A DNA stretch of 64,000 nt from Octopus vulgaris (GCA_951406725.2 OX597830.1:19220001-19284000); one strand, 5' to 3'. Positions 1 to 13,051 are shown, numbered from the stretch's first letter. Numbers and translations are program-made. Notes: generated by a model not told the origin, from the letters alone.

Positions 1-689
1 TGTACGTACACATACACATACGTACTCAGTCAGAAAGAACAGTCACTAAATACCTTCAGATCTATGTCTATGCATAAAGGTTTGACCTGAAGCTAAACAA
101 CATCCATCTAATACTTATCGACAGCCTGTACCATGTCTCTCTAACACAATAACCTCCTACACAATGTCCCACAAATATTGTGTACTCACTGCATTGTATT
201 TCTGACACCATAAACCTTTAGAAATAAATACCTCATGAATAAAGTCAATACTGCCACCCCAACCACCCAGAAATATCTTTTTAATGTAACAGACACCATT
301 ATTATATTTTTTTGTGTACAGTAAACTCAGTTCAACATATGATCTTATATAAAATCCCTATTACTAACTCTAACTCCTCTGGTTTAATGTAACTGCCCCA
401 TCTCTCTGTCTCGCTCTCTTTCCCTCTTCTTCATTTATTCTTCCATAAACACATAATAGCGAGATTGATGTCAACATATTTAATATTGCATCAATTAATC
501 AGTTACAAAGCTAATTTTAATTAACATGATAAGTATGAGAGACTATTCTAGAAACGTTTAAGTTTTCTTTAGACCTCATCAGTCAGGCATAAGCTTAAAC
601 ATAATTACTGAACTAGTAATGAAAGTGTCACTAAATAACTGTAATTCCACCCATCCATATCTTCTCTAGCCTCTGTTCCAGGGAGAGCC

Positions 690-1515
690 ATTGGGGCAGA
701 GTCCTCAGGCATCTTCCCCGTGAGGTTTTGTCAGAAGCAACTCTCATTACACTTTCTGGCTGAATTTCCAAGCATGACCAGCAGAGACTGTGAATATTAT
801 CCAACTGTCTTGTTATTGGTCTGCTCTCAAAATCTCCTGCCAGTTGGCTCGGTTTCAAGAATCCATCTTGTGATACTTTCCTGTGACATTCTAATTGCAT
901 GTCTATTGTACAAGAATGGTGAGCTCTCAACCCTGAGAAGTAGCAGCTCAACTTGAAGAGACTCCCTGATCTTTAAGCTTTGCCCCTTGTCGAGTAGCAT
1001 TTCTCCAGAGATCCTTTGCAGGACACCATTTTGGCCCCTGTATTCAAGATTGTACTTTTCAGTCATTACTTTTCAGTCATTTATGACCATATGTAAGGAA
1101 AGGCATGGAAACTGAACCGAAGTTTGTGAGTTTGACTTTTTTGCCAACCATTCCTCTTCTGAGGAAGAAATGCTTGGGCTAGTGCATTACTGAGTCAACA
1201 CCTGCAATTTCAGCATCCAATTTTTCCACCTGCTTCCCACCACTTATGAATACAGCCCCAAGATTCTTAAACTTGTCCAATTCTCTCAGTAATGTTCCAC
1301 TAACATGTGGAGTACACTGGAACGACTTTCTGAAGAGGACCAAATTCTCGGTCTTCATGACACTAATTCTTACACCTGCTTTGCAACACTCAGCAGTGAG
1401 TCCATTCAGTGGATTCCAAAGATCACCATCTGGTGAGCCAAATAGCACAATGTCATCTGCAAATATCAGCCAACTGATCCTTCACCCATCGATTATGATA
1501 CCACTTCCACAATGG
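690..1515 (-). mobile_element. Degenerate RTE-type LINE, RT C-terminal half (frameshifts and stops)
   Basis: Minus strand at 1441-1475 reads SWLIFADDIVLFG (RT motif C). Further 3' are FKNLGAVF, LDAEI and RQLDNIHSL-like RTE C-terminal motifs. The 5' side is cut by the SINE at 1518. A homologous fragment lies at 25380-25590. Confidence 0.8.
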
Positions 1516-1517
1516 CG

Positions 1518-1690
1518 TAGGCGTAGGAGTGGCTGTGTGGTAAGTAGCTTGCTTACCAACCACATGGTTTCAGGTTCAGTCCCACTGTGTGGCACCTTGG
1601 GAAAGTGTCTTCTACAATAGCCTCAGGCCAACCAAAGCCTTGTGAGTGGATTTGGTAGACGGAAGTTGAAAGAAGCCCGTCGTATATATG

Positions 1691-1735
<45 letters not shown>

Positions 1736-1930
1736 TTGTGTGTCTGTGTTTGTCCCCCCAACATCGCTTGACAACTAATGCTGGTGTGTTTATGTCCCCG
1801 TAACTTAGCGGTTTGGCAAAAGAGACCGATAGAATAAAAATAAGTCCTTGGGTCAATTTGCTCGACTAAAGGCGGTGCTCTAGCATGGCCACAGTCAAAT
1901 GACTGAAACAAGTGAAAGAGTAAAAGAGTA
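1518..1930 (+). mobile_element. tRNA-type SINE family A, full-length copy with internal (TA)n(TG)n tract
   Basis: A-box-like TGGCTGTGTGG, B-box-like GGTTCAGTCCC, CCTTGGG(C/A)AAG motif, central microsatellite and (AAAAGAGT)n tail. More than 20 recognisable copies occur in the window. The octopus OK/OR1/OR2 SINEs are the comparators; exact assignment needs an alignment. Confidence 0.9.
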
Positions 1931-1999
1931 ATGGCTGCACATGTCAATCCAGTTCATAAACAATTGAGAGAAGGAGACATGACAATGCTGTGGCATCAC

Positions 2000-2620
2000 C
2001 TGGAAGAATTTTAGTCGAATTTTTTGTAAAGCCTTATCCTTATTCTATTGGTCACTTTTGCTGAACCGCTAGATTACGGGGACATAAAGACACCAGTACC
2101 AGTAGTCAAGCAGTGGTGTGTGTGTGTGTGTGTGTGTGGGGGGGCAAACACACATGCAAAGACATGCACACACATACACATGCACACATACACATAATGG
2201 GCTTCTTTCAGTTTCTGCTTACCATATCAACTCACAAGGTTTTAGTCAGTCCAGGATTATAGTAGACAACACTTGGTGAGATTGAACCTGAAACGATATG
2301 GTTGGAAAGTAAATTTTTTTTATCTGCTAACTTCAGCCATATCTGCACCTGTATTTTTATTTTAATCATTTTTTTTTCATTTCTCTTTTCTCTTTTCTCT
2401 TTTACTTGTTTCAGTCATTTGACTGCGGCCATGCTGGAGCACCGCCTTTAATCGAGCAACTTGACCCCGGGACTTATTCTTTTGTAAGCCCAGTACTTAT
2501 TCTATTGGTCTCTTTTGCCGAACCGCTAAGTAACGGAGATATAAACACACCAGCATCGGTTGTCAAGCAATGCTAGGGGGACAAACACAGACACACATAT
2601 ATATATAAATGCTACACACG

Positions 2621-2654
<34 letters not shown>

Positions 2655-2659
2655 ATATA

Positions 2660-2717
<58 letters not shown>

Positions 2718-2880
2718 GACAGGCTTCTTTCAGTTTCCGTCTACCAAATACACTCACAAGGCTTTGGTCGGCCCGAGGCTATAGTAGAAGACACTTGCCC
2801 AAGGTGCCACGCAGTGGGACTGAACCCAGAACCATGTGGTTGGTAAACAAGCTACTTACCACACAGCCACTCCTACGCCT
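2000..2880 (-). mobile_element. Two adjacent SINE family A copies (old at 2000-2350, young at 2395-2880)
   Basis: Reverse-complement matches to 1518-1930; head ends CCACTCCTACGCCT at 2880. Confidence 0.85.
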
Positions 2881-3639
2881 GTATTTTTTATTTTATTCAT
2901 TTTTTTTTTCATGTTTATTTTTTTAACACATTAGCTACGTCTGAAACAAGCTTTACATCTTTTGCACAAAATCACTACTGAAAGCAGCTAAATATAATTA
3001 TTACATGATTTAATTATGGCCTACGTGAGTAAGTTTCTGTTTACTAACAAAGGTTTACAAGTGTGACTATGTTTAAGACCTAGCTTGCATGAACAGTTGA
3101 GAATTAAATGCACATTCAGATATATAAATAATACACATTCAGCTTCAGAAAGTTGAGCCAACTTGCAACAGAGAGTAACTGTGTTTCTCCTACTTTAATG
3201 AAATATTTTGTGTTTGGAGGTTGAATGGTAAGCAACACTGACAGCATACTGGTGACAAGACTAGGTTTGAAGGTTACGTCATTGTCATCATCATCATCTA
3301 ACGTCTACTTTTCCATGCTTGTATCAGCCAGATGCAGTTCATTGAGGCAGATTTTCTATGCTCAGATGCCCTTCTTGTCACCAACCATCGCCTACTTCTC
3401 AAGCAAGGTTATATTTCCCCATTGCCAGATATGTTTACCACAGAAGACTGCAAATAAACAACACTGCTTGTATGACAGTGATGCTCATTTACAACCATGA
3501 TGTCACATGTACATATGTGTATGTGTGTGTGTATATATATATCTATATATATCTATCTCTCTTTCTCTCTCTCTCTCTATATATATATATACACATGCAT
3601 ATATATATATTTATATATGTATATACATATATATATATG

Positions 3640-3724
<85 letters not shown>

Positions 3725-3884
3725 TAAAAATAAGGGTGTCTGAGAGACACCACCATGCCAAAATAGCAGTCAAAACCCTGACTTTAAAAACCACGTTAAA
3801 TTATTACCTTTGTACGGTATTTTTTCCCATGCTGGCCACTTAATAATATCGATATTTAAATATCGATATTATCCTTATTTATAA

Positions 3885-3930
<46 letters not shown>

Positions 3931-3979
3931 AAAAAAAGTCATGGTAGAAAATGCTAAAATAATTTTATAAAAAACATTT

Positions 3980-4015
3980 CAGTACTGGTTTCAGTCATTA
4001 AAACTTTTTCATCTG
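3980..4015 (-). ncRNA. Degenerate minimal hammerhead motif (probably from a U3-A8 core variant)
   Basis: Minus strand: CAG ATGAAAA AGTT-TTAAT-GACT GAAAC CA GTA CTG. Stem I is CAG/CTG and stem II is AGTT/GACT. It lies next to a (TA)n tract. Confidence 0.5.
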
Positions 4016-4299
4016 TAAGTATGGAAAACAATTAAATTTTGGGAAAATTAAAAGAAAAGTTTTTTAAAAGAATATTTGCATAGAGCTCAAATACAAGTGG
4101 CATTTTCCTTGTTTCTGTCTGTCTCTGTCTCCCTAGTTTCACAACGACCTCGAACCCACAAAGTAAACAAGAGAGACAGAAACAGGCAGAAACAAGGAAA
4201 ATGCCCTTAGATATTAGACACAAATGAAGTGATATTTATAAAATTTCATCTTCTTAGAAGTTAGAAAGACCCCTCTGTGGGGACTTAACATCCACAATT

Positions 4300-4760
4300 T
4301 AGTCATTTTATTTAAGCAAAGACGAATACAGTTGTACTCTTGGAAGCTGTAGGGTCACCTGAGCATAAAAGATGAGCATTATTTGTAATTCAATGGTACA
4401 ACAGTATAAGAGTTTGCTTTGACATATACTTAGATTGTGATTTCTGCAATGTGGTGCATAAATTGTCAAGTAAAGGAAAGGCATCTTTCCCTCCACTGAT
4501 TCAGTTGCAAAGTGTTGAGTAAAGTTATTTGGTTGCAGACCTCCTTTCAGTCTTTTTATTATCACTGGATCACACATAGTCCCCAGATAGTAACGTTGAT
4601 TTCAAGGCCTTCCCAGATGAGTGACTGGTTATTCAAAGACATTTATAGATTGTAAATTTATTCTGTTCAGTTATGTATCAGTATAGTGGTCATTTGCAAA
4701 CTCCAGAGGTGACACTTTCATTTCTCCTTAGCCGTCATGTCACATAGTTCTTAATGTTTA
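4300..4760 (-). pseudogene. Highly degenerate Penelope-like RT fragment
   Basis: QHFATESVEGKMPFLYLTI resembles IQFTMDHNEEELPFLDILI of the intact PLE at 38556. Many frameshifts. Confidence 0.55.
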
Positions 4761-5383
4761 TTTGAGTTGGGTCACGCCCTTCCAATTGCTATAGATTTGT
4801 GATGCATCTTATGGCTGTGCCTATCACCTGGATGGTGAGGAATCCTACACTGGGAGTGGCAACGACTAGGGTAGGGTAGCTGACTGCTTATTGTGATCAT
4901 TCGTCTTTTGATTTCCTGTAGCTTTGCTCTCTTTTACAAACCCAGTGAACATATATTTCCTATTTCAAAGAAATTCAAACAATAAATATAAGACCCAAGT
5001 TAAAAAGATTCTCAACAATTCAACTTCTCTGGTTGACATTAAGACACCCACCTCCAATAGGGGCCTTAACTCTCACATTTTAGAGCTCTATGACCTCCAT
5101 TTTTCAGAAGCAAAAGCCTTTTAACAGGTTCTATAACACTGGAATTTTGGAATATGTGCATAAAAATCAGTAGTATGCAATACATGTGGCACGATTACAA
5201 TTCTTTTAGGGTGTGTACAGAAGGAAAGAACCCTCATCTGCAATTTTGATGAAATTCGAAACATAGATATTCCAGTTCATTACAGAAAATATAACAGAAA
5301 AGTCTAATTCTTCAATTGCATCCAACACACAGAATTCCAGGTATCTCTGCTAGTATATATATATATATATATATATATATGTC

Positions 5384-5562
5384 TCCGGTAATTTGGTACG
5401 ATCGTTTCGTACTACATCATTTTATAAAATGTTGTAAGTATTACTACAGATTTAAGATGCTGAGTACTCATCAGCCAATTATAGAGGTTTTCCATTCATG
5501 GAAATACTTACAACATTTAATAAAATGATGTAGTACGAAACGATTGTACCAAATTACCGGAG
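5384..5562. repeat. Fold-back element with ~58 bp inverted arms
   Basis: CTCCGGTAATTTGGTACGATCGTTTCG...AAGTATT (5384-5441) pairs with AATACTT...CGAAACGATTGTACCAAATTACCGGAG (5503-5562). Preceded by (TA)n. The arms contain a GAAAC-GATC-GTA hammerhead half-motif. Confidence 0.85.
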
Positions 5563-5639
5563 TCATTCTTGTTGCTTATTTTGATTATAATCACCCCACG
5601 GATTTTTATGGACAACACCATACAAAATTCTGGTGCATC

Positions 5640-5735
5640 AATAAACACACACACAATGCCCGGTCTGGGAATCGAAACTGCGATCCTCCAACCGCGAGTC
5701 CACTGCCCTAACAACTAGGCCATTGCACCTCCACC
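5640..5735 (-). mobile_element. 5' head of tRNA-Arg-like SINE family C
   Basis: Reverse complement matches the head of 48293-48600 (TGGCCTAGTTGTTAGGGCAGTGGACTCGCGG...TTCGATTCCC). Confidence 0.8.
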
Positions 5736-6623
5736 GTCACACTTATACTATAATGTTATTTTAGAAATAAACAATCATGTACTTGAACTCTCAAAACTAC
5801 AAAGAAGTGCATGTCTAATATAAATATGAACAAATAAGTATTACATTTGACAGAGTAATCTGAAGGCTGAAGAGTAAACACTCTTACCCTCCTCTTCTCT
5901 CTCTCTCTCTCTCTCTCTCTTTCACTCACTCTCACCTCTCTCTCTCTCTCTCTCACTTTATCTCTCTGTCATTTTTTTACAAAGTATGACTCACTTCACT
6001 AAACCATTACTAAAAAACTCTTTGTTCAATTTGTTCCTGTTAAGAACCAGCCACTGTCACCTCCCCTCAGTTCGTCGGCATCAACCCACATAATTTGATT
6101 TAAACATCAAGGACGTTCACACTCACCCAGCCAATTTGACTCAGCTCGTTTTCCCCTCCCCCTCCCGAAACTAAGTAATAAAGAGAAAGAAAAAAAAAAC
6201 ATAAAACTCTGTTGCAATCACTTAATTGATTTATTATTTTTCTTCTTTTATAGAAGTTGCAACATATGTGATTGAGATTGATTGTCCGTCTTTTGTTCGC
6301 CTCCTTCTTCTAATGGCACCTCATGGCAAGTGGGATGGAGTTTGGGATTATTAATGTTGATCCGTTTCTTGGTCTTCCACTGTTGATATGAAAACCAACA
6401 CATATTTAAAGAGGTTTATAATTGTTGCTGTCATTGTTGTTTTAGCTTTTAAATTATCCCTGATCAGGCAGAATATACAATGAAAGGTGTTCTACATCTC
6501 TCCATTACAGCTTGTATATATATATATATGCATACATATATATTCTGTTGTATCTGGGGAGTGTCATTTTCTTTTTGCAGGCAATGGCCCAAAAAAGGTA
6601 TGTCCTCAAATACCTTACATACC

Positions 6624-6698
<75 letters not shown>

Positions 6699-7162
6699 AA
6701 AAAAATATATACAAACTGGGACAAGAACGTGAAACACCTAGAAGACGACACAAGAACCACAGGACGGGACATTCGAAGCCCTCAGTCATCAGTCAAGAAC
6801 CGGATCATCTTCGCAATTTTGGCTGATTAATCTTGAGATTGCTCCGACCTGGGCAGCCACCAAGGGAAATCTAAGCCAAGCGCATTAGATCCCTTTGAAG
6901 AAAGCCTCGAATGTATACAACACAAGGACGGAAAACGGACGATGTACACGAATAAAAATACAAAAATACGGAAAACAATAAGGAAAGCACGAATAAGAAT
7001 ACAAAAACGTAAAAACAATAACGGTAGGGATAAAAAACCAGATACATATATAAATACATATATATATATATGTATGTATGTATACATATATATATATATG
7101 TATATATATGTGTGTGTGTTTGTGGTGTATATGTGTGTGTATGCATACATACATACATATAC

Positions 7163-7220
<58 letters not shown>

Positions 7221-7240
7221 GACACACATTATACATATAT

Positions 7241-7570
7241 GTTAAATAAAATGTGACAACAAAGCCAAGGCTGTGTGGAGTTTTCAGGATAAAGAGAAAG
7301 TTAGTCTTGCAGCTGTTTCTGAGATATTAGGGATATCCCTTCATCAGAGACGATGTGTGATGGTTAAGACTAACTTTCTCTTTATAAAGGTCCTGAAAAC
7401 TCCACACAGCCTTGCCTTTGTTGTCTCATTTTATTTAACCTATACATGCTCATACAAGACCAGCATTAGACTCCAAACTCATGTCATTATCGAACTGAGA
7501 GTTTAACTATGGTCCTTCCATAGCATTTACATAGTATTACCAGTCACTTTGGGTCTTCTGGGTACCAACA
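7241..7570. mobile_element. PLE-terminus fold-back element (arms 7241-7308 and 7365-7439) with a hammerhead in the loop
   Basis: Inverted arms are visible directly. Homologous to 33820-34070. Flanked by TA-rich tracts. Confidence 0.8.
7304..7351 (-). ncRNA. Minimal type I hammerhead ribozyme, cleavage triplet mutated (GUA>GCA)
   Basis: Minus strand: GTCT CTGATGA A GGGATAT-CCCTA-ATATCTC A GAAAC AGCT GCA AGAC. Confidence 0.75.
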
Positions 7571-7845
7571 CCTCTCATATATTATACATATATATGTATA
7601 TATACAAGAAAAATAGGGATGAAAACACCCAATCTTTCACTGGCTCCAATGTTTAATACCCAATTTTGTAGAGAAAAAACTTACAATTCATATGAGTATA
7701 TATTAAATTTAGAAAAATGAATAGTATATCTCCATTTTCTAGTCATTTTTATATGTATACTAGACTTACTACCCAACCTTACCCAGTAAAGTATTCATGG
7801 AGTTGTTTGCCAGTTTGTAGAATGGGAATTCACAGTACTTATGCA

Positions 7846-8053
7846 TACTCTTTTACTCTTTTACTTGTTTCAGTCATTTGACTTTGGCCATGCTGGAGCA
7901 CCGCCTTTAGTCGAGCAAACCGCCCTGAGGACTTATTCTTTGTAAGCCCAGTACTTATTCTATCGGTCTCTTTTGCTGAACCGCTAAGTGACGGGGACGT
8001 AAACACACCAGCATCGGTTGTCAAGCAATGCTAGGGGGACAAACACAGACACA

Positions 8054-8149
<96 letters not shown>

Positions 8150-8310
8150 GCGACAGGCTTCTTTCAGTTTCCGTCTACTAAATCCACTCACAAGGCATTG
8201 GTCGGCCCGGGGCTATAGCAGAAGACACTTGTCCAAGATGCCACACAGTGGGACTAAACCCGGAACCATCTGGTTGATTAGCAAGCTACTTACCACATAG
8301 CCACTCCTGC
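7846..8310 (-). mobile_element. SINE family A copy
   Basis: Full-length reverse-complement match with internal (CA)n(TA)n. Confidence 0.9.
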
Positions 8311-8377
8311 ATGTATATATATTTATTTAACCTAACTTCTGAACTTATTTAATTGGAACTATCCAAACAATAGTAAT

Positions 8378-8608
8378 CAAGCGAGCTGGCAGAATTGTTA
8401 ACACACCGGGCGAAATGCTTAGCCGTATTTCGTCTGCTGTTGCGTTCTGAGTTCAACTTCCGCCCAGGTCAACTTTGCCTTTCATCCTTTCAGGGTCGAT
8501 TAAATAAGTACTAGTTACACACTGGGGTCGATATAATCGACTTAATCCCATTGGCTGTCCTTGTTTGTCCCCTCTGTGTTTAGCCCCTTGTGGGTAGTAA
8601 AGAAATAA
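8378..8608 (+). mobile_element. SINE family B (Meta-domain-like central region)
   Basis: GAGCTGGCAGAAT head, GAGTTCAA B-box-like motif, GCCTTTCATCCTTTCAGGGTCGAT..TAAGTAC central domain and AAAGAAATA end. Other copies at 18846-19260, 24490-24875, 48795-49378 and 62543-62755. Confidence 0.85.
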
Positions 8609-8727
8609 GTAATCAATTTACATGAGTAGAAGCTTTTTTTTAACAATTTTTCTCCTGAAAATCACCTGTTACTTTTGTTTTAAAGTGAAAATGAAAGGTG
8701 TATGAACATGTATATGAAATGGATGTG

Positions 8728-8789
<62 letters not shown>

Positions 8790-9456
8790 TGTGCCACTTA
8801 CACATACATGAGAACACACATTTTCGATTACACTCTCTCTCTCACACACACACATACATGACAACGCACCCCTTCATTCACTTTGTCTCTCTTTTTCTCT
8901 CTCTCTCTGTTTCTCTCTTGCTCTCTCTCTCTCTTTCACACACACGCATCCATTTCATATATACATACATACGTCTTTCACTTTCTCCTTTCTTTCACTT
9001 TAAAGCAAAAGTAAATAAATAAAAAATGTTTATGAAAATTAACGAACTCCAGATGATGAAATCACAATCACTTAAAAATATTTCTAAATGATTAAATTGT
9101 TGTATACATCAAAAAGTAAACATTTTTTCCTTAGAGAATGTGAAGACAATCTGTGTGTATATGTCACAGATAGCGGACATGTGTTTGTATTGATTGACTT
9201 GCCATAACGTTCATTATGTGTGTGTGCATTCTGTATGTATGTTGATGTCAAGGAAGCCATGTATTTTTTCCCTCAAGAAATAACAAAAATTGTGCTTCAT
9301 CGTTTAAATAGAGGTTCAAATATCACAAAAATTTGTACTGCACTACCGAAAGTAAGTTTGAAAATAAATATGTAAAAAAAAAATTGAGATAAAATATACT
9401 ATTTCTGAGATATTTCAGTTACACAAGATATATATATGAATAATATATGTATATGA

Positions 9457-9535
<79 letters not shown>

Positions 9536-9717
9536 ATTTTTTTTATTTGTTAATAATAGTTTAGATACATACATTTATTTAATTATTATTATTTATAATT
9601 ATTATATCTGAATGTAAATTGTAAAATATTAGTTTGTCACTTTGTGATTTAGATTGTAAAAATGTCTTAGTATAACTAAAGGTTTTTATTATATTTCTAG
9701 TACTATTAAATTTAATG

Positions 9718-9796
<79 letters not shown>

Positions 9797-10414
9797 TGAT
9801 AATAATAATAATAATAATAATGAGTAATTTTTATTTTGCAAATAATCTTATAAATGATAAGTTATACGTTTTTAGGTTTGGAAATTTTAATTTTTTATTT
9901 CATAAATATTTTCGGAATGATATCTATAATATTTATTTAAGTAATAATGGACTAATTTATTTATTTATTTATATGTTTATTGATTGAAAAAATATGGATT
10001 TCTAATTGCTATATTTGTTGATTATAATATAGGTACATACTTTTATATAATTTCATAATTTTATTATTTTATAATTATTATATTTGAACTAAAATCTAAA
10101 AATATTAAGTGTGATTGTTTTGTAAAATAGTTTGGTAATTAAATATTAGAGTATAGCTAGGTTAGAGATATTCAATAGTTTATTGATGTTTTTTTTATTA
10201 AAGCTAAATTATATCTTCACAGATAAATATATTTTCTATCTAATTACTCTATTTTTTATCTTAAATATTTAACATGATAAATGTATTATAGGTGCCTGGT
10301 CCTAATGTTTTAAGTTTCAAATTCAGTTAATGGAGTATCTTCTATAAGAACAATCATAATTTCTTTAAGAAATATTGTTAAATTCTATTTGCTTATTTAT
10401 TTAACTATTATTGT

Positions 10415-10518
10415 TGACCTGAGGAGTGACTATAATTTTAAATTGAATTGTTTTTTGATTAAGTTTGAATTTAATTGTAATTCGAATTTAAATTATAGCC
10501 ATGAAACTACGTAGTCTT
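10415..10518 (+). ncRNA. Hammerhead motif with a very long AT-rich stem II
   Basis: CTGAGGA (10419-25); GTGACTATAATTTTAAATTGAATT pairs with AATTCGAATTTAAATTATAGCCAT; then GAAAC TACGTA GTC (10503-16). ACTACGTAGT is a perfect palindrome. Stem I is poorly preserved. Confidence 0.65.
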
Positions 10519-10714
10519 TTTACTTATTATATATTGTTTATTCATTTTTGTACTTTTGCGATCTAGTTATATTTTTTAAAATATATTTTATTTTTTATCC
10601 ATAATTTGGTTTATGTCTATCATTGTTTGAATTGCATAATAGTGGTTTCTCTCTAATTTATATATATATATATATGTATGTATATATATATATATATGTG
10701 TGCGTGTGTGTATG

Positions 10715-10792
<78 letters not shown>

Positions 10793-10795
<3 letters not shown>

Positions 10796-11792
10796 TCGTT
10801 TAACATCCGCTTTCCATGCTGACATGGGTTGGGCGGTTTGGCTGAGGGCTGGCAAGCCAGAAGGCTGCACCAGCCTCCAGTCTGATCTGGCAAAGTTTCT
10901 ACAGCTGGATACCCTTCCTAACGCCAACCACTCCGAGAGTGTAGTGGGTGCTTTTTATGTGCCACCAGCATGAGGGCCTGTCAGGCGGTACTGGTATAAA
11001 CCACGCTCAAATGATGCTTTTTACGTGTCACTGACACAGGAGCCAGTCAGGGGGTACTGGCAACGACCACGCTCAAATAGTGTTTTTTACGTACCACCAT
11101 CACAGGTGCCAGTCAGGCGACACTGGCAATGATCATGCTTGAATGGTGCTCTTTACGTGCCACTGGCACGTGTGCCAATCAGGCGGTATAGTAATCAGCC
11201 ATGATAACGATTTCACTTGCCTCAACAGGTCTTCGCAAGCGTAGTTTATTGCCCAATGATTGAAGGGTACTCTTAAATGGAGTACTGGCATAGGCCATGG
11301 TTATGGTCTCACTTGGCTTGCTGGGTCTTCTCAAGCACAGCATATCTCCAAAGGTCTCAGTCACTTGTCATTGTTTCGGTGAGGCCCAATGCAAGTTTAC
11401 GCATGTTCTCAGCAATCACGGCCCATGTTTCACTGCCTTGTAGCATGGCTGTTCACACACATGTGTCATACAGTCTACCTTTTACCCTGAGCAAGAGGCC
11501 ATTTGTCACCAGCAGAGATAGGAGCTCTCTGAACTTTGCCCAGGCTATTCTTATTCTAGTAGCTACACTTTCAGAGCATCCACCCTGCTACTGACTTGGT
11601 CATCTAGGTAACAGAAGTTATCAACTACTTGTAATTTTCCCCCTGGAATGTGAAAGAAGCAGTTTTCTGGACATTTCCAGTGTTTATTGCTCCTGAACAT
11701 TTGCTACACACAAAAACTATCTTCCCAGTTAGTCTTCCTTTGATATTGCTGCACCACTTATGTGTCCATAGCTTACTCTAGGTACACATCTT

Positions 11793-11795
<3 letters not shown>
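10793..11795 (-). mobile_element. RTE LINE 3' fragment (ORF C-terminal relic, structured 3' UTR, (GAT)n end)
   Basis: Minus strand reads LWTHKWCSNIKGRLTGKIVFVCSKC, FCYLDDQV and RIRIAWAKFRELL...GSETW. It ends CCCATGTCAGCATGGAAAGCGGATGTTAAACGATGAT. Confidence 0.85.
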
Positions 11796-11888
<93 letters not shown>

Positions 11889-12312
11889 GGATGTGTGTAT
11901 TTTTCCCTTGTTTACAATTAACATGGAAAAAATAAATAAAAGTTACCAGGGCAGCAAAAAAATCACACAAGTAATAAGGACGTAAACCCAATTTTTAAAG
12001 GTAGAAAATCCGGGTTCATGTGAAATATTTTGTATAATATATATAAATAAATGGAGTTAAACATATACATATACATATATATATGTATATGTATACTCTT
12101 TTACTTGTTTTAGTCATATGACTGTGGCCATGCTAGAGCACTTTAGTCGACCAAATTGACCCCCAGGACTTATTCTTTGTAAGCCTAGAACTTATTCTAT
12201 CGGTCTGTTTTGCCGAACCGCTATATATGTATGTGTATCGCCATGTTGAATCGTTAGCTCCTGCACGCATTTTTTTCTCTCCTTGTTTCTCTCCGTGTTT
12301 CTTTTCTGTGTA

Positions 12313-12350
12313 TCTTTCTGTTGAAGAGCGTAGGCTCGAAACGTAAAAGA
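12313..12350 (+). ncRNA. Minimal hammerhead variant (core CUGUUGA) in a PLE terminal fragment (12230-12440)
   Basis: TCTTT CTGTTGA A GAGC-GTAG-GCTC GAAA CG TA AAAGA. Stems I and II are perfect and ACGT is palindromic. Same family at 15283-15320, 15776-15813 and 42107-42143. Confidence 0.7.
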
Positions 12351-12436
12351 CTTCTTTTATTTCTATTCCTGAGCGCCATACTAATACAATTGTTTGTTTG
12401 TACTCCACCTGCCTTCGTCTTTTGTTTATTTTCCCG

Positions 12437-12486
<50 letters not shown>

Positions 12487-12487
12487 A

Positions 12488-12518
<31 letters not shown>

Positions 12519-12549
12519 GTGTATATATATATATGTATATATAAATATC

Positions 12550-12939
12550 AAATGTCAGGATAAAATTCTTTTCGAAAAAAAATATTTTCTCGAAAAACCT
12601 TTTATCAATGGCCAGCATATTAAAAAATACCTTTAACGGTTAAATTTATAAACAATTCATAAATGAGGGCAAAGGAAAAAAATCCTAATGCCAAATATGC
12701 CGAAAAATTGGATATGTTGTCCATTAACCATATAATTTTTTCACAATACGCACGCTACTCGAAAAAAGGTCGACAGAAATTTCTAAAAAATTCCATTATT
12801 ACCATATCGGACAGAAATTTCTGTCGACCTTTTTTCGAGTAGCGTGCGTATTGTGAAAAAATTATATGGTTAATGGACAACATGTCCAATTTTTCGGCAT
12901 ATTTGGCATTATAATTTTTTTCCTTTACTCTCATTTATG

Positions 12940-12940
<1 letters not shown>
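12550..12940. mobile_element. (TA)n-flanked fold-back element, arms ~12658-12784 and ~12812-12940
   Basis: Near-perfect inverted repeat (...CTCGAAAAAAGGTCGACAGAAATTTCT / AGAAATTTCTGTCGACCTTTTTTCGAG...). The left part is homologous to 63030-63170. Confidence 0.85.
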
Positions 12941-13008
<68 letters not shown>

Positions 13009-13015
13009 GTATATA

Positions 13016-13051
<36 letters not shown>

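Noticed and set aside
541-585. Hammerhead on the minus strand (CTGATGAGGTCT...)
   Set aside because: No convincing stem II-GAAA-stem III arrangement.
2935-3230. Two plus-strand exon candidates ending in GTAAG
   Set aside because: All three frames contain stops; they could only be non-coding exons and there is no further support.
9530-10620. Possible mitochondrial insertion (NUMT)
   Set aside because: Only composition suggests it; I could not recognise any mitochondrial gene, tRNA or rRNA motif, and it contains a hammerhead-like motif.
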